A stretch of DNA of 64,000 nucleotides from an uncultured Chloroflexia bacterium (GTDB lineage Bacteria; Chloroflexota; Limnocylindria; Limnocylindrales; CSP1-4): NCBI GenBank assembly GCA_963766735.1, contig CAVYBU010000008.1:1-64000 (forward strand), in the 5' to 3' direction. The notes below the pieces were generated by a model. That model worked only from the letters and a program-made list of their open reading frames with translations, ran no database searches and had not been told where the DNA came from. The position numbers were made by a program, and so were the translations under genes. This document shows, one piece after another, positions 60,452 to 64,000 of this stretch. Every line of letters begins with the position of its first letter. The first letter of the stretch is position 1.

Positions 60452-62703
60452 ATGATGACCGCCAGGGCAGCACGCCGACTGATGCTGCCCCTTGCGATAG
60501 CCACCCTGGTCACGGCAGCAGCCGCGCCCGCGGTGGGCGCATCGCCGCCGCGAGACGGGATCGCGCCGAACGGCCAGGCCGTGCAAGCCAAGACCGACAA
60601 CAGGCCGGACCCGCTCAGCGCCAAGCAGGCCGAGCTCAAGAAGATGGCCATCGAGGCCAAGATGAACGGCAAGGCGCCGGACAAGGTCAAGGAAGTTGCC
60701 AAGGGCCAGTACGTCGAGCTCGAACGGGAGGGTGAGGGCGCGCTGTGGACCGTCCTCGGCGAGTTCGCCGATCTGCAGCACAACACGATGCCGGAGCCGG
60801 ACCGGACCGTGGACAACACCAACATCTGGGTCCCGGACTTCAGCCGCGACTACTTCATGGACCTGCTGTTCGACGAGACCCCCGGCGCCAACTCGATGCG
60901 GAACTTCTACATCGAGCAGTCCTCGAACCGCTACACGGTCCACGGTGACGTGACGGACTGGATCCCTGTCCCGGGCGACGCGGCGTCGTACGACGACGAC
61001 TTCGCCAGCCCGCTGGGCGGGAACCAGGTCTGGTACTTCCTCAAGGATTCCGTCAACGGCTGGTACGACGCGCAGATCGCGGCCGGCAAGACACCGGCGG
61101 AGATCAACGACTACCTCGCGCCAGTTCGACGTCTGGGATCGCTACGACTACGACGCCGACGGCAACTTCGACGAGCCGGACGGCTACATCGACACCTTCC
61201 AGTCTGTCCACGCCGGGATGGGCAACGAATCCTGCTCCCCGACCTGCGACGACTGGGCCATCTGGAGCCACAGCTGGTACGCGTTCTCAAGCCTGATCGG
61301 CATCGCCGGCCCGGACTTCAACATGCTCGGCGGCATCCAGATCGGCGACAGCGACTTCTGGGTCGGCAAGTACACCATCCAGCCGGAGAACGGCGGCGTG
61401 GGCGTCTTCGTTCACGAGTATGGCCACGACCTGGGCCTGCCCGACCTGTACGACACGTCGGGCGGTGAGAACGGGACCGCCTTCTGGACGTTGATGTCCT
61501 CCGGATCCTGGCTCGACGACGGCAAGGACACGATCGGCAACAAGTCCAGCCACATGGGGGCCTGGGAGAAGTTCCAGCTCGGCTGGCTGAACTACGAGGT
61601 CGCGCGTGCCGGCGTGAAGTCCGTGCACAAGCTTGGCCCGATGGAGTTCAACACGAAGCAGGCCCAGGGCCTGTTCGTGGTCCTGCCGCAGAAGGAAGTC
61701 GTCTCGAACATCGGCGACCCGTACGCCGGCGACTACTACTACTACAGCGGCGCAGGCGACTACCTGGACAACTTCATGACCAAGTCGTTCAACCTGCGCC
61801 GCGGCGCCAACGCTGACGGCCAAGGTCAAGTACAACATCGAGCTCGACTGGGACTACGCGTACGTCGTCTACTCGACGGACGGCGGGTCGACGTGGATCC
61901 CGATCGAGACCAACCTCTCGACCACGACGGATCCGAACGGCCAGAACTTCGGCTACGGGATCACCGGTGTGCTCCGGCGGCGCTGGGTCGACCTGACCGC
62001 GGACCTGCCGGACGGGGAACGTCCTGCTCGGCTTCCGCTACTGGACCGACGCCGAACACCGGCGGCTTCGGCTTCATGGTGGACGACATCGACGATCACC
62101 GGCTCCGCGCTCGACGGCGCAGAGGCTGATGCCGGCTGGACCTTCGATGGCTTCAAGGTGACGAGCGGGACCGAGTCGGCGCTGTTCAGCCACTACTACG
62201 TGGCCGAGTACCGCACGTACAAGGGCTACGACTCCACCCTCAAGGTCGGACCGTACAACTTCGGCTTCCTGGACAACCCGTTGCTCGGCGACTGGGTGGA
62301 GCATTTCCCCTACCAGGACGGCCTGTTGATCAACTACTGGGACACGTCGCAGAAGAACAACAACGTCCGGCGGCACCCGGGCCAGGGCCTGCTCCTGCCC
62401 ATCGACGCTCACCCGACGGCGATGATCCGCGCGGACGGTGGCGTCTGGCGCAACCGGATTCAGACCTACGACTCCACGTTCACGCTGGCTCCCACGGACG
62501 CACTCACGCTCCACTGGCGGAGCCAGCCGTCGTACCACCCCAGCCTGCCGGCTGCGAAGGTGTTCGACGATCGCAACAGCTACTACGACCCGGTCAACCC
62601 GTGGGGCAGCGTGATCGTGCCGAACACGGGGACGCAGATCGGGATCAAGAGCATCAGCGCCCAAGGCAGCTTCATGCAGGTCGAGGTGCGCCCCGCCAAG
62701 TAG
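60452..62703 (+). CDS. Immune inhibitor A (M6) secreted metalloprotease (frameshifts ~61120 and 61800-62090)
   Basis: Signal peptide; EQSSNRY; HEYGHDLGLPDLYD; WTLMSSGSW. Confidence 0.88.
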
Positions 62704-62727
62704 ACGGACGCACCCTCGCAATTACCA

Positions 62728-62753
62728 GAGGCCCCCGGCTCGCCGGGGGCCTC
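62728..62753 (+). terminator. Terminator-like hairpin after the protease gene
   Basis: GAGGCCCCCGG-CTCG-CCGGGGGCCTC; no U-tract. Confidence 0.6.
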
Positions 62754-62864
62754 ACAGCGCCCGGACCGAACGTGGGTCGGCCCATGGCGACAGCCGCGTG
62801 CCGTAGTCTGTGCCAGCAACGGGCCTCAGCACACTCGGGGGCTCTTGGGGTCGGAGGGCCGCAA

Positions 62865-63785
62865 ATGACAGACGCGCCGTATCGGCGGGTGCACGTGGTG
62901 ATCAACCCGGCATCCGGCAAGGACGAGCCGATCCTCAACACCCTCAACGAGGTCTTCGGGACCCATGGCGTGGCCTGGGACGTGAGCGTGACCCACAAGT
63001 ACGGTGACGCGACCGAGCAGGCGATGGCCGCCATCGCTGACGGCGTGGACCTGGTCGTGGGTTATGGCGGGGACGGCACCCAGCACGAGATCGCCAACGC
63101 GGTCCTGCGTGCCGCAGGGGTGAGCGGGAAGCAGACGACGATGGGCATCCTGCCCGGCGGCACGGGCAACGGCTTCGCCCGCGAGATGGGCGTGCCCGGC
63201 AAGCTCCGCCCGGCCGTCGAGGTGCTGTGCACCAGCACGAAGACCCGTTCGATCGACGTCGGCCGCCTGGTCAGCGTCGCGCAGCCCCAGGCCCACGACC
63301 GCTACTTCATCCAGCGGATGTACGTGGGGATCGAGCCCGAGGAGCAGACGAGCCGCGCGATGAAGGACAAGTACGGCGTCTTCGCGTATGCCGTGAACAG
63401 GGCCAGCCGCGCGAAGAATGGCAAGTACTTCCAGTACCGGGCCGACGTCGATGGCGAGCTCCTCGAGTTCGGAGGCACCAAGATCTACGTCGTGAACTCC
63501 GGGATGATGGGCACAGGCCTCCGGATCACCCACGCCTATGCCATCGACGACGGGCTGCTGGACTGCTTCGTGATCGACCCGCACCACCGGAGCACCTTCA
63601 CCGCGGCCGCGGAGCGGTTCCTCAACGTCGGGGGCGCGAAGGCGATGCGGTACTACCGGCAGGCGCGCGCGGTGACGCTGGCGGCCGAGCCGGACCAGCC
63701 GGTGTGGACGGACGGCGAGTACGTCGGTCGGACGCCGGTCACGGTCGATGTCGTGCCCCGGGCATTGACCATTGTCGTCCCCTGA
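62865..63785 (+). CDS. Diacylglycerol/lipid kinase family protein
   Basis: [23 protein letters not shown]. Confidence 0.9.
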   Translation: MTDAPYRRVHVVINPASGKDEPILNTLNEVFGTHGVAWDVSVTHKYGDATEQAMAAIADGVDLVVGYGGDGTQHEIANAVLRAAGVSGKQTTMGILPGGTGNGFAREMGVPGKLRPAVEVLCTSTKTRSIDVGRLVSVAQPQAHDRYFIQRMYVGIEPEEQTSRAMKDKYGVFAYAVNRASRAKNGKYFQYRADVDGELLEFGGTKIYVVNSGMMGTGLRITHAYAIDDGLLDCFVIDPHHRSTFTAAAERFLNVGGAKAMRYYRQARAVTLAAEPDQPVWTDGEYVGRTPVTVDVVPRALTIVVP

Positions 63786-64000
63786 ACCGCCCCAGCAGCT
63801 CAGCCTGTTCCATCGCGGTTTCGACAGGCTGTACCCCGCGATCCGGTTCACCTACGAGAGGCTCATGGGGCACGTCTGGTTCAGCCAGATCACGCCCACG
63901 CTATGGCTGGGGGGCGCACCGACGTATGAGCGGGACTTCGACGCCGTCCTGACGCTGGGGATCACGGCGGTGGTCGACATGCGTGCCGAGCGAACGTCGG
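63772..64000 (+). CDS. Dual-specificity phosphatase-like protein (partial)
   Basis: Manual translation from TTG 63772: ..[25 protein letters not shown]; runs off the window before any CX5R motif. Confidence 0.6.
   Translation, partial: MSSPEPPQQLSLFHRGFDRLYPAIRFTYERLMGHVWFSQITPTLWLGGAPTYERDFDAVLTLGITAVVDMRAERTS

Overview
High-GC (~70% by eye) bacterial window. Gene content and many leaderless -10 promoters suggest Chloroflexota or Actinomycetota (inference). The window starts inside the 3' end of a tRNA-Pro (AAATCCTCTCGCCCCGACCA, 1-20). Its core CCTCTCGCCCCGACCA recurs at 6916, 9022 and 16169, with a possible degenerate copy at 22121. Each clear copy has a ~100-bp stub of a large serine recombinase (LSR) 3' end on its right. 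On its left is the attP-side continuation of that reading frame, coupled to a small LuxR/GerE-type HTH gene that occurs five times. The only long LSR frame (<1-1108, missed by the ORF track) lacks its catalytic domain and is fused to an amidase-like N-terminus behind holin-like genes; an HNH remnant is also present. The first 16-22 kb therefore look like a tandem array of prophage-derived, non-autonomous cassettes at one tRNA, each with different cargo. The cargo includes three unrelated enzymes sharing one N-terminal leader, two of them behind c-di-GMP-II-like riboswitches. The remainder is ordinary chromosome: MFS transporters, an arginase plus an internally deleted copy, kal with an acyl-CoA ligase, a Ca2+-ATPase/CaCA/USP operon, a tungsten locus (two AORs, tupABC, MoaD-like, moeA), GNATs and an M6 protease. 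Several frameshift clusters are probably assembly errors. All family calls come from reading motifs by eye, not from database searches.
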